From the human T2T-CHM13v2.0 reference genome, Homo sapiens: DNA of 64,000 nucleotides. The notes beneath the pieces are model-generated. The model had not been told where the DNA came from and searched no databases. It saw only the letters and a program-made list of their open reading frames with translations. Both the position numbers and the translations under genes were made by a program. Location: NCBI RefSeq assembly GCF_009914755.1, contig NC_060931.1; one strand, given 5' to 3'. This document shows positions 22,776 through 39,062 of the stretch, in pieces (position 1 is the stretch's first letter; each line of letters starts with the position of its first letter).

Positions 22776-24436
22776 GCTATGACAACAAAAGTAACAAAAT
22801 CATGGTAGGCAAGTCTGTGTTTCTATTATATGTAAGAACTGCTGAAATCAGTTTAGAGAATCTTTCTCTGAATGTATCATTATATGTTTTATGTGTGGGG
22901 GATTTATTAGCTTCTAACATCTTAGATTCCCAAGGTGAGTATGAAAAGAGAAATCACTGTCATATCAATGAAGCAAGACATCTAGATATATGTGTTATCA
23001 AGTTAGGTTGTTGCCATAGGACTCCAACGGTGATTTATTAAGGAAAGGTACTCAGTGCACCAGGGCTGGGTGGCCACAGTGCCCTCCATTACCTCCTAGC
23101 AGCTTTCAAGGGTGAAGAGAGCTTCCATCCAGAGGAAGCTTAACAGGGTGAATAGGGAAAGGGCTTTCATTTGGGATTTTTCCTACATTTTAGTGGTATA
23201 GCCATTTATATCTAAGAGGCTAATGAAAACACATCCTAGAGAAACTAATACTGCAAAATGACACTTGGGATAGATAGGAAAACCTCTTAGGGTGGTTTAT
23301 GTATCAAAAATAGATTAATACCACTGATAAGAAGCCCACATAATTTTTCCACACTTTGAAATTAATTCATTTCTTATATATACCAGTGGTATTAAATGTT
23401 TTGATTATTCACTCATTTATTCGTCTATTAAGTAATTTGGATTAAGTGTTCTTTTTAATTACAGCATCAGTAATTTTTTAAAAACAACTCTATAAATATT
23501 TGCTCAAAGGGCTAACAGTGAACCCCTGAAAAATACATGTGACTGCAGGCTGGAGACTGTGGATAAGGCTGCCATGAGGTCCTGAGAAATGTCTGTTAGA
23601 GTGCCAGGAGCAGCTGTGTTTCAGTGAACACTTCAGAATACCAATGGGGAAAGTAAGTTCATAGAATATAAACCAACTGAACTCTTTTCTCCCATGTGCC
23701 TCCCAGGGTCAAAGCTGGCTCTCTCCTCTCTGGTTCCTGGGAAGGCCGTCTTCCTACCAAGCTCAAAGCTGCTCTTGTACAGTGTACTTACTGATTTTAT
23801 AATTAACATGACTTTCACTGAGTCTAGAGATTTTCAAATGTCTGGATCAGAGACTCATGGGCCACAAATCAACCTTGAACTGAAGAAACTAAGAAAGATC
23901 CAACAAAACAGTATTGTAGTTGTGAATATTATTCACAAATAGATTTCTTAATTTCCTTTTGCCTTGGGATAGAGTTTCTACTGCGGTTGCAGGTGACCAG
24001 GCCCACTCACCCACCGTGTGCCTGCTGGGTCTGTAGATGCCAGGGAATATCACCTTCCCCACTGGAACATGGATTATGGATGAGTGGTGCAGACATCAGA
24101 GTTAGAGTTGGCACGCTATGTCCCCCCTCCCTCTTCCTATACGCAGTTGTTTTTCCATGGACACTGAAGTATGGCAAGTGACTACCAAAGCGGCAGTTTT
24201 GCTTGGAAATCCCACTTCCTAGAAGAAAAATACCCCTTGCTTGAACGGGTAAAATGCGAAGTGGTCCATCTGCTGCCCATTTCCAATCGTACTTCCAGAA
24301 AAAGGGCAAAAATAATGCCCAGGGTATGATGTGCCTGTGCACCATCTAAGCTGGGGCTCCTTCTGTATCTCAGTTGCCCAGGAATGATTAGACCCAGCAC
24401 CTGGATGGCTTCACAAATGGTACAACAAAAATCTCA

Positions 24437-24817
<381 letters not shown>

Positions 24818-24882
24818 GTAGAGAAAAGCAGGCAATTTGTGGATTGTTAAAAAGAATAAACACTAATCATATTGTTTATTTT

Positions 24883-24885
<3 letters not shown>

Positions 24886-24921
<36 letters not shown>
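24886..24921 (+). repeat. (CA)n microsatellite
   Basis: Direct observation. Confidence 0.9.
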
Positions 24922-24923
<2 letters not shown>

Positions 24924-27911
24924 AATCCTGGCCATTCATCATTCTCTGATTTCATGCCATACTCTCCTTTCACTGGGCTTAGTCAGTGAGTTCACATTCG
25001 GAAGGCAGTCTATTCATTTTTTAAGTACTTTACGTTTGCCAAGGTCTCTAATATCAAGGAGAGTTGCTCTCCTATTTTCATCAATAGAGCTAATAAATAT
25101 ATGGTACTACTATGTAAAAAGGGCAAACAGCATTACTATGCCCTTGATCTATGGAAATAATCTTTGTGGATTTCTGTGGATGAGACAAGATTTTAAAGCA
25201 TTCAGTCTGTGCCTTGGCTGTAACTTTGAGCTTCCTGATGCTTTTACATTTTCCACATAGCTTTTCTAGGGGTGTTTAGATGGATAAATGCCTCTCTAGA
25301 CAAAAGCATGATGCTGGGCTATCAATAAAGAGAGATGGATTTCCTGCATCAGAAGCTGGATATCTTGATCCCCTGGTTCTACCACTGCCATTACAAGTAA
25401 TTCCTGCAAGGAAAAAATTGCATTCTGAAGTGAGGCGGGACTGAAATAAAGTAAATCAGTAGCATAAGGGAGACATCGCATCATGTTTGTGTTACTTTTT
25501 CATTATCTCTAATGAATAGAATGATTTATATAATTTACCATCGAAAACCAAAGTAATTATTGTATTATTGCATTACTGCTATATATGAAAGATGATGAAT
25601 TATAGAGTGTAACTTATTCGCTTTACTTATTTTCAAGTCTTAAAGTGAACCCATTACATGACCACATCATAGTTCTTTATGAACGGAGCCTTCACGCCCT
25701 CATGAAGAGATGGCATGTAAGGATACCTTGTCCATTGAACCCCAATGATCAGCTAGTGAGCAATTTGTCCACAAAGGAAAGTTAAAGGCTTTACCCTCAG
25801 AAAGCAGAGCCTAGGGAAGACCCTTAAGGCTGAAAATGTGAGTGCATAAAGAGGTTGCTGGGTTCAGGTGCCTCAGGGTCGGATGGGGAGAATGCTCTAT
25901 CAGGATACCATGACCTAGGAATAGGTCAGGTCAAGCCATGGGCTTTGTCCATTTTGCATATGTTTTAGCTTCAGAAAAGGTCAGTTCTTTCCATCTGGGT
26001 TGAATAGATGGGGTATTTTGAATCCAACCAATGACTAAAACTGGCCAAACAAATTAATGGACTGACTTTCTCAATTTTCTGTTGGTTGATCCTTTATGAA
26101 ACAAAAGCAAGCTTTGAGTGAGTCAGTGATAGAAGGGAAGAAGATGGAAACACAAGTGCAATTGAAATGAACCTCACATACTCCCATGCAGTGAAGGAAG
26201 TCTTGCACAGTGCCCAGATATCATCAAGAACAACTTGATAATCACAAAAGAATAATCACAAAATAATAATTAAAATTAAAAGGAGTGTTACACTGCTGAG
26301 TCATGCTTGTCGAGCTCCAAAACAAATGTTATCTTAAGTCAAAAGTAGGCAAAAGAGAAATCACTGATCTCAAACATACACACACATACACACACACAAA
26401 GGAAGGAAAAGACAGGAGAAGGGAGACCCATACATTGCTTCAGGGGACCACAGCTCTAGAACAGGAACTCATGACACTATGTGAGGTGTGCAGAGGGGGG
26501 ATAAAGGCATGGGAAGGATCCACAGCGATGAGCATCAGAGGCTCCACATCCTCTGTCTGTGTGAACTGGAACAGGCCTCATGCCCTCCCAATGGACTTCC
26601 ATTCCCTCAGCTATAAATTCAAAGGATTGGAACAACTGAACATTTGAGCTTCTTTCATCTTCTAAGTCAAGATTCATACTAGCAGTAGTATCTTTCTTGC
26701 TATGAAGGATTTGACCAGGTATACCTCTATCTTTAGGTGAAAAATTAGGTTGTACTATTTCCTAGAAGGAACAAATTCAGCTTGACAACAGTTGTGTAGA
26801 AAAATATGTGTTATTTAGTTGGCCCTACACTTAATAAGCCATAAACTGATACAGCTGTGAACACTATTACTAGAATAGTGGCATTCACATCGTTCACAGT
26901 AAAATCATCTCAATGAGCCTTCCACCAATGTCACCAGGGCAGAGATATTCTGTTAATCTCTATAAACACGCGCTGTGTGATGCCTATCAATGAACTGTAG
27001 TTTAGTTCCACTCAAATTGCAAAGAAGTCTAGAAACCATGTGATATTAGAATGAACTGAAAAGTGATTATTTGTAAGAAAAAACACTTGTTCTTGTGTGC
27101 AGAGGAGTGGGCACCAAGTAAGAAGAGGCATTTGGTATCAGCACTTTGAATACATGTTAAGGTCCTGTTGGGTTTCCAAATAAGAACTGTGATTGTGAAG
27201 GGTCCTCTTCTTTTCTAGAAAACTAATCAACCATGGAATGTGGGCAACTGCTGGTCTAGCTTATGGAATCACTCACAATGAGAAATATAACTGCATCAAA
27301 GACAGAGACGAAGGGACTCTAGACACAAGGTCACCTCTTCATGAGGAGGATGTAGAGCCTTGCAGCAAATTCAGTGACACTGCAGTCAATACAAAGAATG
27401 AACATTCCTTGACCAGGTTAGGAAGGCAGCGTAGCCAGGAGTTCCTTCTTACATTGAATTTAAATGCTGGATGGGGACTTGGAAATGATTCAGTTTGACT
27501 GTCTTCATTTAGAGACAGAGAAACAGCCTCAGAACGCAAGTGTCTTCTCCCCAGAGTTCAATGCCAGTGCAGAGGGGCAAAGAAAGGAAAAGAGAGAGAA
27601 AGAAAGAAGGAACACTGTCTTAACCACAGATATGTGTGCATTCTGGGGACAAAGCAGACATAAGCCAAGTATGTTTATATTTATATAGAAGGATATAGTA
27701 ACCCATCCACAGCACACAACACAGTAAAACCTCAGGCCCTGGAGCCCTGGTGTCCGAACTTCTGGACTCAGATTCTATCACTTGTGGGGTACATAAAAAT
27801 AAATGCTTTTATGATTTTGTGAAATAATACAGGGAAATCACTTACCACCCAGAACTATGTAGACTTAACTGTTTAGCAGTACTGTTGCTTAGCTTGGAAG
27901 GCCCCAGAGCT

Positions 27912-28003
27912 ACAGGTGTATAAAGCCACCTTCAAAGGCAGCCACAGGTGTATAAAGCCACCTTTAAAGGCAGCCACAGGTGTATAAAGCCACCTGAAAA
28001 GGC
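27912..28003. repeat. 32-bp minisatellite, ~3 copies
   Basis: acaggtgtataaagccacc at 27912, 27944, 27976. Confidence 0.95.
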
Positions 28004-28742
28004 TGAATTGCCCCACACAACAAGGGGGTGGTGGGGGGGGATGGGGGATGGGGTCGGGGGGAGGGTGCGGACACATTTTAAAGAGAGAGGGGATTCAGGC
28101 CCTAAAATTTAGAAAAGGTTCTAGATCTTTTTTGTCTCTTTAGACAAAAATGAGACAGAAAAAAAATGAACTCCTAGAACAATCTGGTGATGCCAGCATT
28201 TCATTTGTCAGAATCTTCTGTTTAAATATATAAGATAAAATATGTCAGATTGCAAAGAAAATGCATTATTTTGAAACACAGTTATAAATATACAAAAATA
28301 AAATGTATTTATATTGCTTTATTAATGATTCACAATGTATTTAAAACACAGGAGTTAGATTTTTTATTTTTAAAGATACATCAGGGAAATGGCTGTCTGG
28401 GCTTAGATAAACTAGTAACATTTTACTGTGGGATTGTCTTGGACAAGAAGGCATGCTTTAAATAAAATAAAATCAGTGCTCCCAACGGTATACAAGGATA
28501 AATACGCTTTGCTACCTCTCTAAGCTAATTTCCATCCCATTCCTTCATTCAGGCCCCAGCCACACAGGCTTCCTTGCTCTTTCTCAGCAACACTCGGTGC
28601 TTCAGGCTGTTTATGCCAGCTGACCTCCACCTGCAACGTCCTTGTCCCAGTTATCTGCCTAGCTCACTCCCTTGACTTGCCTGTCAAATCAGATATCCAA
28701 TTTTGAGTTTTTAATTCTGATGCTTATAAGAATGGGACTCCT

Positions 28743-29320
<578 letters not shown>

Positions 29321-30691
29321 CTACTATGACTTTGAAATAATGGTGACAGTATGTTGTATTTCAAGATATCTGCAATTGCCACTGTGATATGGGAATATCT
29401 GTGATTTTTTTTAGTCACAGGTAATGCCAAAACTACTGTGTATTTTGCCTACAGACATGCTGAAGGGCAGCTGTTTTTTAGTGAGACTTTAATAAAAATA
29501 ATTATGACCTTTTTGTTTCTTTAAGTTCACAGGCCCCTGGGACCCCACGTTAAGAAACCTTGCTTTAGAGTCTGAGATGAGAGAAGAGGTCTGGGGCTAA
29601 GGTGTTAGGGAGGGCCTCTTGGCATGAGGAAGACCCAGAAACCAGAGGAACACAGAAGCCTTGTTTGCAAGATTAGAATTAAAAAAATAGTTTATCTAAA
29701 ACTTCAGCGGGTGAAACTCATTAAACACACATCATCATTGTGTTAGTGGTGGCTTTCAGTGTGAAGAAGAAGGGATTGTATTCACCCTGGGGGATAATGG
29801 TCAGTAAGAGATAAAAGCCAGGGAGAGGTAATAGCCAGGGAGGATAAGACAGCCAGGGAGAGCTTGGGCATGTGAGCTCTTGGTGGGCTGAGCTAGTAAC
29901 CAACATTTAGAGCTAAAAGTAACCAGATGGATGCTTACTAGGCATTCTCAGACACACTGGGGAGTCCAGAAGAGGGGGCTTATGTTATTTTGTGTATTAA
30001 TAGCTCAGAGACATGCAGACACTCTGAAATATGTCAGGCTGGCACGCTGGAAACAGTGACAGCTGCTTCCAGAAGGGGTAGATGTTGGCAGCAGATCAGG
30101 CTGTGTGAGTAGTCACCAGGGACTTCTGGGGGGAAGGTTTTCCTATGGCTGGGAGTGGGGAAGTCCACATGCTGAATCTCCCAGCAATTCAGGTAAAGGT
30201 ATCACAAGAGGAGAGCGTCAGATCCAATGGGGAAGCTGGGAAAGGAACATGGACGCCTTCCCAAGAACTGAGGTCCAGGTCTGTCACGTGGAAGGCAAGC
30301 AAAGATGCGCTCACCTCAGCCAGGGCTGTTCCCAGACCACACATTCCACAGCTTTGGAGCAGCAGGAAGCACTGTTATGATGCAGGAGCTCGCGAGGCCT
30401 CACCCAGGCCCATGCTCCAGATGGTGTAAGCCTGTCTGGAGGCTCTGGGAGGGCCTCCTAATCATCAGCATCACGGCTGTAAGAACAAGGACCAGGTCTC
30501 AGGTCCCAACTCACACCTGGTGCCCTCACCACCCGACAGAAGCCTCCTCTGGGGCCTTCCACGGCACTGGACAAAGGAACCATGATGAGTGATTTCTGAT
30601 ATTTAGGTGAAATCAGTTTGGAAGATGTGTATAACATTTCAGAAAAACATCGGTCAGGGGCAGAGAAATAGCCAGGGGCCAAAATTGCTAC

Positions 30692-31331
<640 letters not shown>

Positions 31332-31350
31332 CAAAATTGCTAATTTTTGA

Positions 31351-31661
<311 letters not shown>

Positions 31662-33261
31662 GACATAAGACAATTTCTAATCCACCACTGCACTGTCTCA
31701 AGGAAGACATGGACATAGAGCCAGATAGAAATGGTCATGTCTCTCATTTAAATCGGAAACATGGAACATGGGAGAAAACAAGTATGTGGCAGTGTTTCAG
31801 AGACAGGCTCCCTAGGTTAGTATGGGTGTGACAGTAGCCCTGTGGACTCCCCACCGTGCCAGACTCTCAGAGGCACCTGCAGGACTGTGGGCCTCGAGGA
31901 CAGAGGGGAGGTGGCAGTGTGAGGATGGTGTGGTCGGAGCTGCTCAGAGCTTGGAAGAGGAAGAAAAGGGCCTCCCATAAGTAAGGCCAGAGTTGTGGGC
32001 GTTTCAGGTCTGCCAAACTCCAGAACGTGGTTTCCTCTGGCTGCGGGCAGCACACAGTGTCAGGGGTCAGAGGCATCAGGAATTGGATGCAGACGAGGGA
32101 GTTAACAAGGGAAGAGACAGAGAAGGCCATAGTGTGGAGTGGGCAGAAGTGAAAGATCGGAGCAGGCGGGGAGGGGCCTACCAGAAGCAGTATCTGCTTC
32201 TCTCAGCTTCTTCAGGGCAGATATCCAAAGGAGAGGGGAAAGGAGGAATGCAGCTTTGTGAAGAAGGGAAGAGGGCTTGCCACAGGGATCCTTTCTATCA
32301 AGATGAGAAGATGTGGGCAAGTCCCTGCGTGTCAGCCCCACCGAGGAGGATGCAGGGGGAGCATGTGCATAGGCACCAGCATGCACATCGATGACAGTCC
32401 CAGGAAAGCAGGGACCCACAGGCGTGTCATGAAGGAGGAGAAAATGGGGCTACCTGGGAAAGAAGGCGTTACTTGTAAAAGAGCTGGGAGGTCCAGTAGG
32501 GCCGGGCTGGGATCCCACGGAGCAGGCCAAGAGTAAACAGGGCCCCATCTACTCAGGGACACAGTGGCTAACGCAAACGCTGTTGTGGCCTTGGCCAGAC
32601 AAGGAAAGTGATGCATACAGTCTCCAGAAATGAAACAAGCACATTAGGGTGTATTCGGGGGAATTGTGTTTAAAATTAAATTCTATCAGAGAGGATGAGT
32701 TTAACAACAACATATTAGGAGCTTCCTACATTTTTAAGAACCCCACACAAATGTCATAGCTGTCCCGGCTCCACAGCCATGCGAGGGTGGGGACCCAGGA
32801 CGCCTGGGCACCTGGGCAGCCCATAGGAGCACCAGCCGGTGGTGACGAAGCACCATGCAGTGGTCTGTGGACTGCATGGCTCTGTCCTCTTCTCTAAAAT
32901 TAAAGCTTACAAACCAGTAAGACTGGGAAATAAACTGAGGCAGGCAGGCAGGCAGGCAGCCACCCATGTTTCCGGGATCCAGGATGAACTATGGAAAAAC
33001 ATTTGGGCTCATGCTGTCAGTATGATAGGTGCAGACAGATTTCCTGAGCTCCTAAGAGGAGGAGGTGAAGGAAGATACTGGAAGAGGAAAGGAGAGGAGG
33101 GAGAGGAATTTATCATTTGGATAAGGGGAAGAAGGGACAAACCACCTGCCCAGATGAGCGAGAACAAGCAGGGAGAACAAATAAGACAGCAAATCAACTC
33201 CAGAAGTCTCTGTTCATCTGAAAACCACAGCGGAGGAAAAGAAAGCATGGGGAGTGGCATC

Positions 33262-33480
33262 GACTATTTAATGCCGCCCCCTCCCCAAATTCATACTTTG
33301 AAATTTTTCCCCTGAAGCGATGGTGTTAGGAGGTGGGGACTTTGGGAGTGATTAGGTGGTGAGAATAAAGCCCACAAGAATGGGACTAGCGTCCTTAGCA
33401 GAGACACTTCAGAGAGACCCCTCACCCCTTCCACCACATGAGGACACAGCGAGAAGCCATCTTCTGTGGGTCAGGAAGCC
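33262..33480 (+). mobile_element. MLT1A-like LTR fragment
   Basis: ccccaaattcata..ttgaa...ggtgttaggaggtggggactttgggagtgattagg...ccttccaccacatgaggacacagcgagaag. Confidence 0.7.
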
Positions 33481-34439
33481 GCATGTTCCCAGAATGCAGA
33501 AGACGGACAAGTGCTTTTCAAACTATGTACTATTAGAAAGTGATGGCTATAATAAGCAAATTCTGAAGAATCAAGTCAGTTAACATGACAAAAAAAAATG
33601 TTTAGAAACAGTGAAGGTGTCAGAGAAATTCAGAAATTATTATTAGTTAAGAGTCCTCAAAAATTCTTTTCTATTTCCTGGTGGGAAGTGAGCTAGCCGT
33701 GTGGGATGAATTATTTGATAAGATGCTATATTAAATTCATATTTTTTAAAAGTACTCATGCTATGTTTAATTTCCTTTAGAACTCCCTGATCATAATTAA
33801 ATTTCAAAGCTTTTACAACAAATCTCTTTTGCATTATTTTCCCAAACAAAACAAGAAAACACAAGGACAAACCCTACTGTGAAGCAGTGGAGACTGGAGT
33901 CCTGCATTTGCTGAACTTTCTTTTTATGTGTTGGATTCTGATTTTATATTCATTTCCATTCATGTGGACTCTGAAGAGGTATCTCATTTGTTTATATCAT
34001 AATTAAAATAATTTTAAAAATAGAATATTACCGAATTCATTAATCAACAGAACAACAAGCTCATATGAAAGATTACAAAAAGGCTAGAACCACTTTTGGA
34101 GACAAAGTTTATAATAAGCTTTGTTATTTTATAGCAGTTTTATGCTATTGATGTCCTTGATGGGGGACTGAGAAAGGAATAAAATATTTCATTTCTTTTG
34201 CTCTTACCCAGTTAAACTCACCAAGGACACTTGAAGAAGTCACGTCCAGGGATCACTGTCATCACAAATGGAGAAAAGGCCAATGTCTTTCCATGCTGCC
34301 TCACCAGAAAAGGACTGAGTTGGTACAGACCTTCACTCCAGCTTACTGTCCATGACCTCGTCACACTCCAGGCCCAGGCTTGAGCTACATGTTCTAGAAA
34401 GCCCCTAACTTCTCTAGGTCTCAAGTCTAATCTCTGCAT

Positions 34440-35031
34440 CTGTGCCAGGTTCCCTGAGACTACTCTAAAGCTTGATGATTCACTAGGATTCACAGGACTC
34501 AGAAAAGCTTACTTTTCTGAATTAGATGTACTGTTCTGATATATTACAGCAAAAGGATATGAGTTCAAATCAGAATAAAATAAAAGGTACATGGGGCAGA
34601 GTCCAGGAGAAACCAGGTGAAAGCTTCCAGGTGTTCTTTGCTAGTGGAGTCTCACGGGCTCTATTAACTTTCCCAGAAACCATGTTACCAACCACGGACG
34701 CTCACCCATACCCTGGCGTCCAGGGTTCTTACTGGGGGTTAGTCATGCAGGCATGTGGCACCTGCGTACCTGACCTCAGATCCTCACACCACCCCAAAGC
34801 AAAAGCAGGCATTCACCATACATAAATTACATTGTTAGGATAAAGTCATCAAACTGGTTTCATGTGGGCTGAAGCCTAAGGCATCCAAAAAAATTCTTAT
34901 TGGGCACACTATTCCAAAGGTTGGTGGCTAATTTCCCAGGACCATCCAAGGGCCAGTCCCAAAGCAGGTCTTTCTGAGAATGTGCACGGTTTGAGCAACC
35001 CAGGCCTGCTAAGTTAACCATTTCCTGTACA
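34440..35031. mobile_element. MER21-like LTR
   Basis: atgattcactaggattcacaggactcagaaaagct, gggcagagtccaggagaaaccagg..aagcttccag, ccaggcctgctaagttaaccatttcctgtaca. Confidence 0.65.
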
Positions 35032-37102
35032 GAATCCCTCTTCCTTTCCATGGTCAAAGGGGGTTCAAAGGCTTTCAAACTTTTGTGACTGCAATCTACT
35101 ATGAGAAATATATTTTATATAGCAATACAGTAAACACATACTACATACATAGGTAATGGACAAAGTTTCATATTAGTTCATTCTACTAGTTATTATGCAC
35201 TAGGTATATTTCTATTGCATTTTATTTTCTTAAGCTGATCATGGCCCACTCAATTAATTCCCTAACCTTCTATCGTGTTACAACCTACATTATGAAAAAC
35301 CAAATATGCAAAAGAGTTGAAATGTTTAAAGTGCTACAGAGCTCGAGGACATTATTTTAAGAAAGGTCAGCCACATTCATAACTGTGCTACACTAGGGAT
35401 TCTTAATTGTGATAGTTGACAGGAAGAGTATTGCATAAATAAACAAAAACATAGCACTACAGGATGAAGGGAGATTCTGACTAAGCTACATAAACACAGT
35501 CTACACTGGTGAAATTTTAACCAAAGGCAGCATTCTCTCTATCACCCTTCAGATCCTTCCTCTCAGTACTCCCCCTACCCTATTTCTCTTCATCTCCCTT
35601 CTCCTCTTTCCAATTCAACATACAAACCCACTCATCATGGCCTTTTCCCTCAAGATAGTGTCTTCTGAGCTGAACTGACTCCACCTCTCAAGACTCTCAT
35701 TGGTTTATATCCCTCTAGAAAGCACAAAGGAGGGAAATAATCAGGTGATGTAATTAGCCCAAAGTGTTAAATACTGATGATGCCAATAGTTACTCCTCCT
35801 GGGACATTTAAAAAAGGAGTTCTAGAATCGACACTATTTTAGAGCTGCCTCCTCCCCTAAAAATCAGGCCTTTTGGACACTGGCAAGCCTGTGGGGATGG
35901 AGTTTTGGAGAATATAAGACATGCAAGGTCCCTCAAGTTCTCCCATGTGGCTGAATCCATAAAGAGCTCCTGGTTGACTATTTGACCCTGGCAAATTCCA
36001 GCTCATGCCACATAAATGAAAGGTGAAGACCTTGATTTTACAAAATATCAGCCTGGTGCATCTTACACAGACTTTGGTACCTGGCGAGAAAAGTAGGAGG
36101 AGAAAGGTGGCAGCATGCAGATCTCACACTCACGGGGAGACGAGCCCCTCTGCTCGGACTCCATTTATGACAGTACAGTTACTTAGCAAAGAGTCACACA
36201 ATAAACCCTAAACAAGAATTACATTATGCAATCATAACATATGCACGTTAAAGGGATTTTACAGATTGTCTCAATCAGGGAGTGCCATGAAAGGAATCCA
36301 CACATGGACATCTGACTTCCAATTCAACGTGCTCCCTGATACCACACCACCTTTCAAAGGCATCCCTTGAAACCTCTGCTTGTTTTTCTAGATCTAGTTA
36401 GCTTGGTTTTCCTACATTTGAAAAGAAGTGTTCCAATGAGTATTGACATAACAGGAAAAAAAAAAACTGATCATCTAATAAATCTGTTGTGTCTCCAACA
36501 AGCCTAGTCTTTAAATACACACAGCAATTTATTCAATTACTATCAATCTTTGCAACATGATTTGTGGGTGACAAGAAAAATAATACACATAAAAGTGGCT
36601 TTGATGCTTATGATGCTCACATATAAATATATCTACTGATCAGATTATCTGAATCAGGCTGCTAATTTGTGGATTGATACTATTTGTGGATTGATAGCTG
36701 AACTATTTGCCAGGTTTAGTCATTTAATTCAAGTGATAAATACTGTATTTGCTCCCATAATTCCTTCTCGCCCACACCTCTTATAAAGAGATATTTTACA
36801 GCTGAGAAGGAAATTATGCAGCCTGTAGGATAAATTCCTCTCCTGGCAGATTGAGTGGATGTAGCACCAGAAGCTCCCAGAATAATCACAACTTCAAAGG
36901 TCATAGGTAAGTATTTGAAGGTAGTAGAACTCAACCTAATCTTGCTGCAGGTAAGCTGTTGGGCACCCCTAAATTCTAATAATTGAATTTATTTTTAACA
37001 GAGACAGATACATCTTTCCTAACTATTTTCTCAATTTTTGCATAATTAAAACATTCCAAAGTATTTTTGGAGGCGTGTAGGTCTTTGTAATACAATCTGT
37101 TA

Positions 37103-37510
<408 letters not shown>

Positions 37511-38892
37511 TTATTATTATTTGGGGAATGCAGACTTAAGAAGTGTGTCTGTGTGTGTGTGTGCACACAAGAAACATTTCCAGAGCCTACTGTAGGAGGT
37601 ATTATTCACCTTCTATTAGGTTACATGAGCTGGGGTCACAACTCCATGTGACCTCTGTGGTTAAAGGTACAAAATATGACAAGGGTAAGTCTGCACCTTT
37701 GTCACTTCCCAGGCAGGGTTCGTGCAATCTTCACAAGGTGTCCTGGACTCACTAAAGGTACATTCATGGAATCCTGAGTGTTAGGTGAAACAGAGACTAA
37801 ATATAGCATGATGGATCCAGAGGTCATCCTAGCTTACACTCAGGACAAGTACTGGGTACCTCAGGCTGTAGAAGGTTCTTCCTCCTGGAGGAGAAGGGGA
37901 ATTGGCTTTGTACTGATCCTTGGGTTAGAAGTTAAGAAAGAGTCAGCTGTCAAACCACAAGCCACATGCAAACCAGTTGGCAGTTCGGTTCTCCCTGCTC
38001 TTTGATGTCTGAGGAAGACAAGCTCCAACCTCTGTCTCATCCTAGTGCAAAGACCACAATCTGCACTAAGATTTCTTTCAATTGCCAGGAAAGATTTCTT
38101 CTTCTGGCCACCTCTGCTGGTGAGTTCCTTTGTCTATGCCTGTCCTTTTTCCAGACTATGCAATGAGATACAAAGTCATGATGAACTGGACGTGCAATTC
38201 AGCTGCAACCCCAACTTCACGCTCCACACATACACACAAGACAACACTTGCACAGGGCAACTGTTAGTCTATAAAATTTGCCTTAAAATTTCAGGGGGGA
38301 GCATCCATGGCAGGAAGGGGGACATGCATCTTTCAATCACATATTAGGCATTGCCTAGAACTCTTTTCTTCTACCTTTATCACTAGGATGTTTTTCCTGG
38401 CCTCTACTTTCCCATGATGCTTCACATCTTTCGCATTCTCCAGTTTCTTCCCCTTTTTTTTCTATTTCTTCCTCTCTCCTTCCCTCCCAAAGGCAAATGC
38501 AAGTGTCCCCTACTCTCCACTCAGCATGCCATAAACCATCTATCTGTTGCTTGGGTCCTCAATGTCTCACTTGCCATGGTCAAGCAGCTTTTCAAAATAT
38601 TTTTCCAAAGAAAGAGAATTCTCTGGTTAAGAAAGAGTCTGGTGACAACTCATAATAATTTATTACTTTTTCCATCACAAAATAATTATAAATGAAATTA
38701 GCATCTTTGTAGATCCTCTTGCTCTACCTCTTCCATCACCTTCTGTAGCCGAATGTAAAGTTTATTCTTGTTTTATTTTACTTGGTAAGAATGTTGGTTG
38801 GCAGGAAACTCTAGCAGTTCTAGGATTCCTCCCATTGAGAGGGGGAGTTGAATTCTCCTCCCCTTAGATCTGAGTTGGCCTTAACAGCTGAG

Positions 38893-39062
38893 ATAGCGAA
38901 TTCTGGATATCAACTTGACCAGCCAATGGGATGCCCAGATAGCTGGTAGGACATTATTTCTGGATTGTGTCCATGAGGGTGTTTCTAGAAAAGATGAGCA
39001 TTTGAATTGGTAGATGAAGAAGATCCATTCTCACCAACATAGGTGGGTGTCATCCAATCTGT
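38893..39062 (+). mobile_element. MLT2-type (ERVL) LTR fragment, preceded by an MLT1-like piece (~38790-38885)
   Basis: tcaacttgac...ggatgcccagatagctggt..acattatttctgg..tgtg.c..tgagggtgtttc..gaa.agat.agcatttgaat. Confidence 0.7.

Noticed and set aside
27912-28003. CRISPR-like 32-bp palindromic repeat
   Set aside because: Units are directly adjacent with no spacers; it is a minisatellite
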